From Candidatus Enterousia sp. (GTDB lineage Bacteria; Pseudomonadota; Alphaproteobacteria; Rs-D84), in contig JAZNVZ010000007.1 in the NCBI GenBank assembly GCA_045593065.1, forward strand, positions 12,071 to 76,070: a stretch of DNA of 64,000 nt, read 5' to 3'. Position numbers and translations under genes: made by a program. Below the pieces are notes generated by a model. It saw only the letters and a list, made by a program, of their open reading frames with translations. It ran no database searches and was not told the DNA's origin. This document shows, in pieces, positions 37,701 through 47,985 of the stretch. The stretch's first letter is position 1. Every line of letters starts with the position of its first letter.

Positions 37701-38930
37701 ATGATGAATATTTTTCTCACTGTTTTGGTGGCATTGTTTTTAGGGGCATATTATATATTTACTGCACCTGCGGTGCGTACCCCCGCGCAAGAAACCGAAT
37801 ACGCGGTAAAATATGCTGATTTGCGTGCTATTATTGAATGTACGGCCGCCGTACATAATGCACACCTGAACGACATGGAATTCCAAGATGTTTGCGTTGA
37901 ACAAAATGGGATTCAATCCGATATAATCTGTTTAGATAAACGTATGAAATTGGTTGATTGCGCCCAAACATCAGTAAATAACTATGTAATTACAACATCT
38001 GGGATGATTCCAAACACACAATTTAACAACACAATGACAATACTGGAACAAAATTTTGCTGATGCTGGGCATTTCGGTATATTTAACGGTGGCGCAGTGA
38101 TATCTGGGGCCAGTATGACAAAATACCGTGTGCCAAACGCATTGGTGGAACACATGCATATAACAGATGGTCAGTTGGTGTATATAACACAGTTCGCAAA
38201 AACTGCGCCGGGGGCACAATTTACTGCACCAGGCGTGGACGATGTTGTATGTCCCCCAGACACCGAAAAAATCTTGCGTTTTGGACGATGGCAATGCGTT
38301 GGATATAACACAAAAACAACATGCGCCGGCGATACAATTTGGGATTATTATACCAACAGTTGCATTCCTGACGATTCAACCAAACCATTGTGCGGCAGTT
38401 TACAAACCGCATTATTGGTTGACGATGTGTGGGAATGCGTTGACCCGTTCCCAGACAGACAATGCGATGGCGCGACTGTTGCAAAATTAAACTATACAAC
38501 AATGTCATGGGAATGTATTACAGACCCAAATAAAATCCCAACAAATACAAAATGTTCTGGTGCGAACGCAGATGTTGTGCCTGGTCGCGGTCATGGCAGT
38601 ATTACACGCCGCAAATTAACATGTACAAACTGTGAAAAAATGCAGGTGGATGAAAATACATGCAGCGCACATTGTGTGCCAGACCCAACCAAGATAACAG
38701 ACCCAACATGTTATCCAGATGATGCCGATGCATGCACGGGTGATGCGCGCGGATTGTATTTTGGTTTTCCAAATGTTAAATACGCACAACATGTGGATGC
38801 TGTGTCAGGAAAAGATATAACATTCGATTCGTCTCGTTCACAAAACAGACGATTTAATTGTATGGATTGTGGCGAACGCGGTATTGATATCGAACATTCT
38901 TTGCCACCATATATTATCGTATGCAATTAA
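37701..38930 (+). CDS. Membrane-anchored cysteine-rich protein
   Basis: N-terminal transmembrane helix; repeated W.C motifs. Confidence 0.7.
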   Translation: MMNIFLTVLVALFLGAYYIFTAPAVRTPAQETEYAVKYADLRAIIECTAAVHNAHLNDMEFQDVCVEQNGIQSDIICLDKRMKLVDCAQTSVNNYVITTSGMIPNTQFNNTMTILEQNFADAGHFGIFNGGAVISGASMTKYRVPNALVEHMHITDGQLVYITQFAKTAPGAQFTAPGVDDVVCPPDTEKILRFGRWQCVGYNTKTTCAGDTIWDYYTNSCIPDDSTKPLCGSLQTALLVDDVWECVDPFPDRQCDGATVAKLNYTTMSWECITDPNKIPTNTKCSGANADVVPGRGHGSITRRKLTCTNCEKMQVDENTCSAHCVPDPTKITDPTCYPDDADACTGDARGLYFGFPNVKYAQHVDAVSGKDITFDSSRSQNRRFNCMDCGERGIDIEHSLPPYIIVCN

Positions 38931-38975
38931 AAAACCGCCAAAAAGGCGGCTTTTTGTTCTGTAAAAGCTGTTTTT

Positions 38976-39221
38976 TTATTTTTTGTGTTGCAACATAACC
39001 ATGGAACGGTATTCTGCAATTTTTGCCTGTTTATCTGCGATTTCAGCACTGTACCATTCTATTTCACTGCGATAATGGTTGATTTCGTTTCTGTCTTCGT
39101 AATCGTTGTTATCTAATCCTTGCATGCTGGTTTGGTTGTCTTGGATATGTTGTTCACAATCCAAAATATCGCCCTGCAAATCTTCGATAATAGGGTCAAA
39201 AATTGTTAGTTGTTTAGCCAT
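38976..39221 (-). CDS. Small acidic coiled-coil protein with N-terminal QLTIFD
   Basis: SD GGAGG, own TTGACA promoter, terminator at 38929-38957. Confidence 0.75.
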   Translation of the reverse strand: MAKQLTIFDPIIEDLQGDILDCEQHIQDNQTSMQGLDNNDYEDRNEINHYRSEIEWYSAEIADKQAKIAEYRSMVMLQHKK

Positions 39222-39331
39222 TTAAACCTCCATTGGTTGGTTGCTGTACTAAATATAACACACATTTTTATTTTGTCAAGAATATTTGTGCAAAATTTTA
39301 TTAAAAAAACTGCCGAATTGGCAGTTTTTCT

Positions 39332-39655
39332 TTATTTTTGATTTTGGTTTAATACCGATTTTTGACTTTCTTGCAACATTTTTGCCTGTTGTGCGCGCAA
39401 TTTTGCGATTCTGTTTTTACCTTCTGCTATGATTCTGTCATTGCGTAAAATGTCGACCCGATAATAATAAATGTCGTTTTCATAGTCCTTGATATTCTGC
39501 CAATCCGCAGTTTCCAAACATTTTTCTTCATATGCCAAATCTTTGCGATTCTGGACGTTTTCCGCCTCTAAATCATTTATCATTTTTTGTTCGGCATCGA
39601 TTTTTTCTTGTATCGCCGCCCAAGTTTCATCAAATATAGTTAATTGCATCACCAT
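39332..39655 (-). CDS. Paralogous coiled-coil protein with N-terminal QLTIFD
   Basis: SD AAAGGA; terminator at 39303-39330. Confidence 0.7.
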   Translation of the reverse strand: MVMQLTIFDETWAAIQEKIDAEQKMINDLEAENVQNRKDLAYEEKCLETADWQNIKDYENDIYYYRVDILRNDRIIAEGKNRIAKLRAQQAKMLQESQKSVLNQNQK

Positions 39656-40028
39656 CCACAAATTCCTTTGTTTATTCATCGTATTTATATATAACACATA
39701 TTTTCCTATTATCAACGGTTGTATTATCTATCATTATTTTGTCAAGATATAGTGGTTGCGCATAATTTTTATCACTACATTTTGTGTTTTTATAAAAAAT
39801 ACGAATCGGCAAAATCATCAAAACGACATATTTTAATACACAAAACACCCTTTTGTATCAATTTGGTACCGATTCGTTATAAAAAAACCCCCAGAAAACC
39901 CCAATTTTTTTAATGCAAGCGAAAAAATATAAAAATTTTATATTTCTGCGTTGAGATTATTTTCTATATACTATATATTGGTATCAACAAAGACACAAAA
40001 CACTACATATAGATTTAAGGGTATGGTT

Positions 40029-42068
40029 ATGACCGAAAATAATATGACATTTATTACAAAACAGACACAAATTACTAAACGTTCTGGGGAAATCGTGAAT
40101 TTTGATGCACATAAAATATACAATGCTATTAAAAAGGCGGTTGCGGCAACAAATGAATTAAACGATTCTCAAATTTTTACAATTACACAATTTGTATTAA
40201 ATAAATTAGATATAGAATTTGCCGATAAAATTCCATCTGTTGAACAAATCCAAGATACTGTGATTCAAACACTGATGGATTCCCGCGCATACAAAACAGC
40301 CGAGGCATATATTATATATCGTCAAAAACATACTGAATTGCGTGATGCCAGTATTGATGCCGTCCAGGTTATCGATGGCTATGTGACCGAGGCCGATTGG
40401 CGCGTCAAAGAAAACGCAAACATTGGTTATTCTATTGGCGGTTTGATTTTGCGTACATCCGAACGCGTAACCGCAGAATACTGGTTGAATTTGTATCCAA
40501 AAGAAATTGCCGAGGCACACAAACGCGCATCTTTCCATATTCACGATTTAGGATGGCTGAGTGGTTATTGCGCCGGTTGGTCTTTGCGCGAATTGTTGTA
40601 CGAAGGATTCAACGGGGTCAAAGGTTATTTACAATGTGGCCCGGCCAAACACATGGTCACCGCGATTTCTCACATGGTGAATTTCCTTGGTACATTGCAA
40701 AATGAATTTGCTGGCGCCCAGGCGTTTTCATCTGTGGATACATATTTGGCACCATATGTCCGCGTTGATAAATTGTCATACGCAGACATCAAAAATTCTA
40801 TGCAAACATTGGTGTTTAACTGTGCTGTGCCATGCCGTTGGGGAACACAAACACCGTTCATCAACTTTACATTTGACTGGACTTGCCCAAAAGATTTGCG
40901 CGCACAACGTCCATTTATCGGTGGTAAACAGGTTGATTTTACATACGGCGATTTGCAAAATGAAATGGATATGATTAACAAGGCATTTTTGGAAGTATTA
41001 ACCGAAGGTGATGCGTTGGGTCGTCCATTTACATTCCCAATTCCAACATACAATATCACAGACGATTTCCCATGGGATCACCCAAATGTGAAACCTTTGT
41101 TTGAATGCGCGGCAAAATATGGATTGCCAAATTTCCAGAACTTTTTGAATTCTGATTTGAATCCATCTGATGTGCGTTCTATGTGCTGCCGTTTGCGTTT
41201 GGATGTTCGTGAATTGCTGAAACGCGGTGGCGGTTTGTTCGGTTCTGCTGAAAAAACAGGTTCTATTGGCGTTGTCACAATTAACTTGGCACGTTTGGGT
41301 TATTTGCACAAGGGCGACCGCGAAGGTTTGTTCCGCGAATTGAAACAATTATTGGATATGGCACGCGATTCTTTGGAAATCAAACGCCGCGTGTTGACCA
41401 AGAACATGGAACGTGGTTTGTATCCATTTACTAAACGTTATTTGGGCAACTGGAATCACCACTTTTCAACAATCGGTGTCAACGGCGCAAATGAAATGGT
41501 TTTGAACTTTACAAATGGCGCCGAAAACTTGGCATCGGTGTTTGGCAAAAAATTGATTTTGGATGTTATGGATTTCATCCGCGACAATTTGGCCAATTAC
41601 CAAGAAACAACCGGCAATTTGTATAACCTGGAGGCCACACCTGCCGAAGGATGTGCATACCGTTTTGCAAAAACAGACAAAAAGAATTTCCCAGATATTA
41701 TTACCGCGGGAACCGAAGATGCACCATATTATACAAATTCTACCCAGTTGCCTGTGAATTACACAGATGACCCATTTGTCGCATTGGAACACCAAGAAGA
41801 AATTCAACGCAAATACACAGGCGGTACAATGTTCCACCTGTATATGGGCGAACCAGTATCCAGTGGCGATGCCGCAATGAAAATTATACGGACAATCTTT
41901 GAAAACTACAAGATTCCGTATATGACATTGACACCAACATTTTCAATCTGTCCAAAGCATGGATATTTGGCCGGTGCGTATGATTACTGTCCAAAATGCG
42001 ATGCAGAAATTGCCGCAAACAGCAACGGGGAATGCGCTGATTGCCACAACGAAAATTATAACCTGTAA
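40029..42068 (+). CDS. nrdD: Anaerobic (class III) ribonucleotide reductase, large part with ATP cone
   Basis: KRSG ATP cone, HIHDL..YC, SMCCRL, EATPAE, YYTNS, YTGG, CPKHG..CPKC; lacks the glycyl-radical tail. Confidence 0.95.
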   Translation: MTENNMTFITKQTQITKRSGEIVNFDAHKIYNAIKKAVAATNELNDSQIFTITQFVLNKLDIEFADKIPSVEQIQDTVIQTLMDSRAYKTAEAYIIYRQKHTELRDASIDAVQVIDGYVTEADWRVKENANIGYSIGGLILRTSERVTAEYWLNLYPKEIAEAHKRASFHIHDLGWLSGYCAGWSLRELLYEGFNGVKGYLQCGPAKHMVTAISHMVNFLGTLQNEFAGAQAFSSVDTYLAPYVRVDKLSYADIKNSMQTLVFNCAVPCRWGTQTPFINFTFDWTCPKDLRAQRPFIGGKQVDFTYGDLQNEMDMINKAFLEVLTEGDALGRPFTFPIPTYNITDDFPWDHPNVKPLFECAAKYGLPNFQNFLNSDLNPSDVRSMCCRLRLDVRELLKRGGGLFGSAEKTGSIGVVTINLARLGYLHKGDREGLFRELKQLLDMARDSLEIKRRVLTKNMERGLYPFTKRYLGNWNHHFSTIGVNGANEMVLNFTNGAENLASVFGKKLILDVMDFIRDNLANYQETTGNLYNLEATPAEGCAYRFAKTDKKNFPDIITAGTEDAPYYTNSTQLPVNYTDDPFVALEHQEEIQRKYTGGTMFHLYMGEPVSSGDAAMKIIRTIFENYKIPYMTLTPTFSICPKHGYLAGAYDYCPKCDAEIAANSNGECADCHNENYNL

Positions 42069-42115
42069 CCGCGGGTTAAAAACGGATTCAAAAAACAAAA
42101 AAAAGAAAGGAGGAA

Positions 42116-42298
42116 ATGATGAACCCACAAACAAGAACAAAATGCGAAAAATTCTCACGCGCAATGGGATACTATCGCCCTGTCGATAACTTTAACATTG
42201 GTAAACGCGCTGAATTTGAAGAACGCAATACATTCAAAGAATGCAACTGCTTGACTACTGGGGCTCGTCATCAAGATTTGTTAAAGAAAGCAGCATAA
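42116..42298 (+). CDS. Stand-alone NrdD glycyl-radical C-terminal peptide
   Basis: CE.FSR.MGYYRPV..FN.GK..EF.ER; strong SD AGGAGG. Confidence 0.88.
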   Translation: MMNPQTRTKCEKFSRAMGYYRPVDNFNIGKRAEFEERNTFKECNCLTTGARHQDLLKKAA

Positions 42299-42305
42299 GT
42301 TTATT

Positions 42306-43007
42306 ATGAAAGACATTCAAATTGGGGGTTTGGTTCCGTTCACAACGATTGACTATCCAGGAAAACTGGCTGCGGTTCTGTTTTTGATGGGTTGTCCCCT
42401 GCGTTGTGTTTACTGTTCCAACCCCCAATTTTTTAATATTGGCGATGGTCCGTATGACCCCGACAAGGTTATGGATTGGATTCAATCCCGCGTTAATCGG
42501 TTAGAAGCCATCGTTTTTTCTGGGGGCGAGGCCCTGATGCAAGGCGATGCCACCATTGATTACATGAAACGCGTTCGTGATTTAGGTTTTGCGATTGGAT
42601 TGCATACCAATGGTTTTTACCCTGACCTATTAAAACGCGCCGCACCATTTGTCGATTGGATTGGTCTGGATTACAAGGCAACCCGCGCCAGATACGAATC
42701 TTTGGTTGGAAATGGTATTGCGTATGACCAGATGTCTAAATCATTAGATTTTTGGTTGGGCACCGGCAAAGATTTCGAAGTGCGCATTACATGCGACCCG
42801 CGTTTTATAACCAAAGATGATTTAATCGAAATCGCAAACGATTGCGCGGCGCGCGGGGTTCATAAAATCGCAATTCAAAAATATAATCCTTATTTTGACG
42901 AAGGTGAAAACAAAACCACGCCCGAGGCACGCGAACAATTTTTCAATGACGACAAATTGCACGCTGATATAAATGCTAAATTTGAAACCGTCATTTGGCG
43001 GGAATAA
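42306..43007 (+). CDS. nrdG: Anaerobic RNR activating enzyme (radical SAM)
   Basis: DYPG..A....GCPLRCVYCSN, SGGE, LHTNG. Confidence 0.93.
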   Translation: MKDIQIGGLVPFTTIDYPGKLAAVLFLMGCPLRCVYCSNPQFFNIGDGPYDPDKVMDWIQSRVNRLEAIVFSGGEALMQGDATIDYMKRVRDLGFAIGLHTNGFYPDLLKRAAPFVDWIGLDYKATRARYESLVGNGIAYDQMSKSLDFWLGTGKDFEVRITCDPRFITKDDLIEIANDCAARGVHKIAIQKYNPYFDEGENKTTPEAREQFFNDDKLHADINAKFETVIWRE

Positions 43008-43073
43008 ATTCATATCTATTTGCAAAAATCACGATTTTTTAGTATAATACATTGATGTACCAAGGAGAGTTTT

Positions 43074-44516
43074 ATGCCTAAAACCCAAGTTGAACAAAAT
43101 GGTGATTTTTTGCGCATGATTGTTGATAACCTGGATAAACAGAGAAAACAGGCTCTCCGTGATTTTGATAATAAATATAAACAGCGCAAAACGCGACTGA
43201 CCATCGAAGACCCGGAAACCACAGACGACAAAATAAAATATCATCTGGAACAACTGACTAATGTTGGTCGTCTTACTGCTTCGTCTGTATTGCAGAGCAT
43301 GGTAACAGCGGCAAATGTTGGTTTGGTTGATAACCCAATTTTGCGCAAACTGGAAACAGGTTATGCCGAAGCAAAACATGATGATAAAAAATTTATACGT
43401 TGGCTTAGAAAACGTCCAGCATTATCTTCGTATGTGTCTTATTATGTTATTGCGGGCATAATTGCTGCGACATCTTTTGGAACCGCGGGTGCTGCAACAC
43501 CTGAAAAAAGCCCAATCGACAAAGACGCAATCAAAAAAGAATATTTCCAAGAACAAAAAACAGATACAATCCCCGACAACACCTATGTTATCGAATCTGC
43601 TGCCGAAGAACAACAAGACGGTGTTTATAATGTCCAAGATTCTAATTTCGTGCCTAATTTTGTTCGCGATAATTGGGATGATATTGCGGTATGTCTATTG
43701 CAATTTGAAACATATCGTGGCGCGCCCAAGGTACATGAAGGCGAATCCAGAAAAACCTATGGTCCGGGGCTGACATGGGTTTACGAAGTGACCAAGGACG
43801 GCAAAATTATTGCACACGAATGTACAGGCGAATGGGCAAAAAAGGCATCTAAATTTACAGATGAAGACATCTGGGAACAGGTTAAACTACATTTACTCCA
43901 CCGAGACGAGGTTATGTACCGTATTCAACGGGCTTGCAAACGTAATAAAATAGAAACATTAACCACAGAACAAATTTTGGCATTGATGATCGCAGGATAT
44001 CAATTACCCAGCAATATCAGCGGTATTGTTAATGGTATTAATACTGCGCAGAGCGAACAAGCGATTGCGGATGCATTCAAATATTATACTGGCAAATCTG
44101 CCTATTTTAACGGCACAATGAAACGTCGTTGGTGGTGTGCTGCACTGTATAATGGTCAAATTTCTGTAGATGATTTGGCTAATTTACAACGCGATGTATT
44201 TAACGAAGCCAAATTAGATTCAGTATTTAGACGCGGACATTTTCGTATGAACGACAATATCGTTGAATATTGCCTGGGACGTACCAACAAAAATGAAACC
44301 GTGAATCAGTTTATCGTCGATAGAAAAATCAGCGATTTTGCACCCAAAGAAGAACCGGAAAAAGAGATAGCATTAGCCGAAAAAGACGATATTGCACAAC
44401 AAAAGGCCGCATTAACACGTGCAGAAAAATTCAAGGTTGCAACTCAGGATTTAAAAGCATCCCGCAGCAAAGGGTTCTTTGCGACATTGACCGCCGCGAA
44501 CCAACAAAATGGTTAG
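43074..44516 (+). CDS. Membrane-anchored protein with divergent GH24 lysozyme-like domain
   Basis: Transmembrane helix, then FE.........T.G.G.T, LT..Q..AL....Y and G...RR....L patterns. Confidence 0.45.
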   Translation: MPKTQVEQNGDFLRMIVDNLDKQRKQALRDFDNKYKQRKTRLTIEDPETTDDKIKYHLEQLTNVGRLTASSVLQSMVTAANVGLVDNPILRKLETGYAEAKHDDKKFIRWLRKRPALSSYVSYYVIAGIIAATSFGTAGAATPEKSPIDKDAIKKEYFQEQKTDTIPDNTYVIESAAEEQQDGVYNVQDSNFVPNFVRDNWDDIAVCLLQFETYRGAPKVHEGESRKTYGPGLTWVYEVTKDGKIIAHECTGEWAKKASKFTDEDIWEQVKLHLLHRDEVMYRIQRACKRNKIETLTTEQILALMIAGYQLPSNISGIVNGINTAQSEQAIADAFKYYTGKSAYFNGTMKRRWWCAALYNGQISVDDLANLQRDVFNEAKLDSVFRRGHFRMNDNIVEYCLGRTNKNETVNQFIVDRKISDFAPKEEPEKEIALAEKDDIAQQKAALTRAEKFKVATQDLKASRSKGFFATLTAANQQNG

Positions 44517-44625
44517 TATTTATTATTTTTGTTATACTTAATAACTCAATTTACATAAAATCACGCAAAATACTTGACAACACGAAATTTTTTATATAAA
44601 ATTTGTCGGCATTATAGCAGTTTAT

Positions 44626-44700
44626 GGCCCCATCGTCTAATGGTTAGGACACCGCCCTTTCAAGGCGAGAATCCCGGTTCAAATCCGAGTGGGGCTGCCA
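44626..44700 (+). tRNA. tRNA-Glu(TTC)
   Basis: Acceptor stem GGCCCCA/TGGGGCT, anticodon TTC, GGTTCAAATCC, CCA. Confidence 0.93.
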
Positions 44701-44708
44701 AAATTCAA

Positions 44709-44811
44709 AAATCGGGTTTTATGCCCGATTTTTCTTTGTTTTCTAATACTTTCAAGAGTTCGTAAGTTAGGTATCAAAAACAGCCATCGTTTTACACATT
44801 TACGAACTTTT
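44709..44811. repeat. 103-bp repeat B, copy 1 (copy 2 at 46765-46867)
   Basis: AAATCGGGTTTTAT.CCCGATTTTTCTTTGTTTTCTAATACTTTCAA...TTTTACACATTTACGAACTTTT. Confidence 0.9.
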
Positions 44812-44863
44812 AAAAAGAAAAGGTTAGAAATCTAACCTTTTTCTTTGTTTGTATTTGATTGCC

Positions 44864-45358
44864 TTATTTGTATAATGAAGCCACATATTTTTGTATAATA
44901 CTTGGTATTAATACATCTGGTGATGCATCCTTAAAAGCAAATATATTACTTTTTTTATACAAATTTTGTTCATTAACAACATTTTGGGATTTTACATCAA
45001 AAATTCTGATATTTATCCCGACTTTATCTTGGGTTCCTGTGTTTGGGGTGTCACTATCTCTCCATTGAGTGATCATTGGACATACCATCACATCTGCCTT
45101 TTGCTTTTTTGCTTCAACAAAACCTGTTTTTATAGAAGAAGAATCTAGGGCTGTTGAAACATTATTTTTTGAGAATTTTTGAAAATTTTTATTTAATTCC
45201 TGTTGAACCAGGTAAGTTGGTGCAGAAATAGAAGCATCTGGAAACATGATATATACACTTTGGTTTTCGTTTAATATAGGAATTTTCTGTGTTTTGGTGC
45301 TATGAGCGCAACCAGCAAGTGTCAATAAACCTAAAATACAAATGAATATCTTTTTCAT
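44864..45358 (-). CDS. Lipoprotein (DUF4823-like)
   Basis: LAGC lipobox; P.I..W.D......G..DK pattern. Confidence 0.6.
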   Translation of the reverse strand: MKKIFICILGLLTLAGCAHSTKTQKIPILNENQSVYIMFPDASISAPTYLVQQELNKNFQKFSKNNVSTALDSSSIKTGFVEAKKQKADVMVCPMITQWRDSDTPNTGTQDKVGINIRIFDVKSQNVVNEQNLYKKSNIFAFKDASPDVLIPSIIQKYVASLYK

Positions 45359-45377
45359 TTTTTACTCCCTGTCAGTA

Positions 45378-46112
45378 TTAATCTAATACTCTATCCTTGC
45401 CCAACATATCTTTAATTTTTTCGACATGTTCGGTTTGTGTATCTGAGTCATTGCCATTATCGACAGCAGATTTTAAGATTGTCATTACTTCGCGTTTGTC
45501 TGTATATTCTGCTTCGTCATTATCCAAAATAATATCTAACACATCTTCCAATCTATGTGGTTTTATTACAAATGTTCCGTCTGGTATAAAACTGATATCT
45601 CTTAATTCACTATCTCCATAAAAAACGACAACAGAATAAAATGGTAAATTTGCAAATTGTTTTGATTGTTTTTGTAATACTTTTATATGTGATTCGTTTT
45701 GTAATACAGGGTTATAAAAACGATATGTATGTTTTTCGCGATGATATTTATCATAGAAACTTTGTGTCCATTTCGTATCTTTTGCACGACCAAAAATCCA
45801 GCCAGAATAATCTTTCACTTCAAAAACTATCAACCCAACCTTGGTTGCAACGACGATATCTATTTGAGAAAAACCATATTTTCCATTTTTAACATATAAA
45901 TCATGAAAAATTGCTTTTGGCGAAATACCGTAATCAAGTAAAGAACTAATTAATTTTCGTTCAGACCAAGTCCCCCTTTCTTCAGATGTTATTTCATCTA
46001 ATCTTTCATCTCGTCTTTTTGGCCAAAATGTTGTATTGCTAGACTTACGACAGGCTAATTTAATTATTAAACCAACAAATATCACAATTAAAAATATAAT
46101 GAATATTTCCAT
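45378..46112 (-). CDS. NERD-domain (PD-D/ExK) nuclease with N-terminal TM
   Basis: G..E, QIDIVV...GL.VFEVK.YSG.I.G, YNPV.QN..H. Confidence 0.88.
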   Translation of the reverse strand: MEIFIIFLIVIFVGLIIKLACRKSSNTTFWPKRRDERLDEITSEERGTWSERKLISSLLDYGISPKAIFHDLYVKNGKYGFSQIDIVVATKVGLIVFEVKDYSGWIFGRAKDTKWTQSFYDKYHREKHTYRFYNPVLQNESHIKVLQKQSKQFANLPFYSVVVFYGDSELRDISFIPDGTFVIKPHRLEDVLDIILDNDEAEYTDKREVMTILKSAVDNGNDSDTQTEHVEKIKDMLGKDRVLD

Positions 46113-46171
46113 GTGTCATATAGTATCAGGACAATACAGGATTTTCAAACTATTTTTTGGTTTGTTTATCC

Positions 46172-46251
46172 AAAAACGCTTTAACATCTTTCCCAAACAA
46201 CAACAAATCTCGCATGTCATCAACTCGTGAATTACACAGATGGCCCTGCCA
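46172..46251. repeat. 80-bp repeat A, copy 1 (others at 46612-46691 and 47343-47422)
   Basis: Core TTAACATCTTTCCC.AA..ACAACAA; copies 1 and 2 end in CCCTGCCA. Confidence 0.85.
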
Positions 46252-46282
46252 AAATATAAAAATAGGGTTTTGCTCGATTTGT

Positions 46283-46564
46283 TTATTTCGCTTTTTTATG
46301 ATGTTTCTTTGTTGTGATAATCATATACAATATGATGCTGTTGAATATCAAGGTTATACTATTAAACAATATTATTTGGAAAGAGTTTAGATATACCCCA
46401 TACAGAATCCAAAATACCAAACCTATACAGTATATAACATACATTGATAAAGACAGACCTGATACGTTTTTTGTGACAATGGATTTTATTGCTTGGGGTA
46501 AAAACGCCATTGTTGTGCAAATGCCGGATAGATAACCAAAAAATTCACCAATAAAACTGTCCAT
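46283..46564 (-). CDS. SemiSWEET/PQ-loop sugar transporter
   Basis: G....CTT.AFLPQ..K...TK....LS..MY.....G...W..YG. Confidence 0.9.
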   Translation of the reverse strand: MDSFIGEFFGYLSGICTTMAFLPQAIKSIVTKNVSGLSLSMYVIYCIGLVFWILYGVYLNSFQIILFNSITLIFNSIILYMIITTKKHHKKAK

Positions 46565-46611
46565 TTTAGAATCCTTTCTTTATTCAAAAATCATTATATC
46601 ACAAAATCTGC

Positions 46612-46691
46612 AAAAATGTTTTAACATCTTTCCCGAACAACAACAAATCATGCATAAACTCTGTTCGCAAATTGCTTAAGTGACCCTGCCA
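46612..46691. repeat. 80-bp repeat A, copy 2
   Basis: Aligns without gaps to 46172-46251. Confidence 0.85.
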
Positions 46692-46764
46692 CTATGAGTA
46701 GCAGAGCGATTTATCGCGATGCGTTAGGAATGCCGCACAGGCACAACGTGCCGAGCGAAACACC

Positions 46765-46867
46765 AAATCGGGTTTTATACCCGATTTTTCTTTGTTTTCT
46801 AATACTTTCAACAGTTCATAAGTTAGGCGTTGAAAACACACACCGTTTTACACATTTACGAACTTTT
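46765..46867. repeat. 103-bp repeat B, copy 2
   Basis: Aligns to 44709-44811. Confidence 0.9.
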
Positions 46868-46874
46868 TAATTTG

Positions 46875-47279
46875 TTATCTTTCATTCTCGTTTTTTGGTA
46901 AGAATAATTTTTTGCGGAATTCGGCATCTGCACTGATATCGGCAACACAATAACAATATGTTTCAACAGCATTGTTCCATATCAGGTTTGGTACCCAATA
47001 TCCCAGTTTACCGTTAGTAAATTTTATACGACACCATGTATATTTTCCATCTTGTTGTGATGGCTGTTCATTTGTATTGTATAGTTTGGCTTCGGTTTTT
47101 GATGATAATACGTGACATTCTTCAATTACTGGAAATTTCTCTTGTATATAAAGGAAATATGTTTGTGTCAAACTTTGTGAATGCATTTTTTTGCCACGAT
47201 AATAAATTGCGGGTTCTCCACCAACAAAAACTCCATCTTTTTTTATAGTAATATATTCTGTATTTGGAATATCTTGCAT
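46875..47279 (-). CDS. Hypothetical protein
   Basis: 134-aa ORF in the AT-rich island. Confidence 0.6.
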   Translation of the reverse strand: MQDIPNTEYITIKKDGVFVGGEPAIYYRGKKMHSQSLTQTYFLYIQEKFPVIEECHVLSSKTEAKLYNTNEQPSQQDGKYTWCRIKFTNGKLGYWVPNLIWNNAVETYCYCVADISADAEFRKKLFLPKNENER

Positions 47280-47342
47280 TTTATGCTCTTTTTACATTCA
47301 AAAAATAGCAAAAATTGTTATAAAGTCAAGTTGGTAGTATTC

Positions 47343-47422
47343 AAAAACATCTTAACATCTTTCCCGAATGACAACAATGCATGACTAAAATCGGCTCGTG
47401 AATTGTGCGGGTTGTTTTGGCT
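47343..47422. repeat. 80-bp repeat A, copy 3 (more diverged)
   Basis: Shares TTAACATCTTTCCCGAA and CTCGTGAATT. Confidence 0.75.
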
Positions 47423-47436
47423 GGCGTAAAAAACAA

Positions 47437-47985
47437 TTATCTGTTTGGTTTATAAACCGTGTAACCTTGTGTCACATAATCTTTTAAAACTTGTTCGCCA
47501 GCATCCGTTTCAATTTGACCATAAACAGTTATACCGCGTTTTTTAAATTCTTTATACCAATCTGGTTTAAAACCTTCGTCAAAGCCAGTTATTTTGGTAA
47601 CCCGCTTGGACGAAACACCATAATAAACCTCTTTTATCCCAGACCACATAATCGCACCCAAACACATCATACATGGTTCAGCCGTCACATATATACTTAA
47701 ATTATACGGCGACAAATCGTAAGTTCCCAATTTCTTTTCTGCTAATTGTATTGCGTTTATTTCGGCATGATTATTACTGCAAGATTTATTAACAACATTA
47801 TTAGCGGCCTTGGCAATCAAATTACCGTTTGAATCATAGATAGCGGCCAAAAACGGTCCATAACCTTTGTTAATATATTTTTTTAATTCTTGCTGTAAAT
47901 CCAATATAATTTTATTGGCATTCGCTAATTTCTTGGCATCAATTTTTTTATTAGCAATTACAGATATTTTGTTATTTGTTTTCAT
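47437..47985 (-). CDS. Nucleoside/guanine deaminase (CDA-like zinc deaminase)
   Basis: GPF.A, HAE, EPCMMC, GFDEG. Confidence 0.9.
   Translation of the reverse strand: MKTNNKISVIANKKIDAKKLANANKIILDLQQELKKYINKGYGPFLAAIYDSNGNLIAKAANNVVNKSCSNNHAEINAIQLAEKKLGTYDLSPYNLSIYVTAEPCMMCLGAIMWSGIKEVYYGVSSKRVTKITGFDEGFKPDWYKEFKKRGITVYGQIETDAGEQVLKDYVTQGYTVYKPNR

Noticed and set aside
42060-42120. Sequencing frameshift splitting nrdD
   Set aside because: A 47-bp gap with a strong SD before the small ORF indicates a real separate gene.
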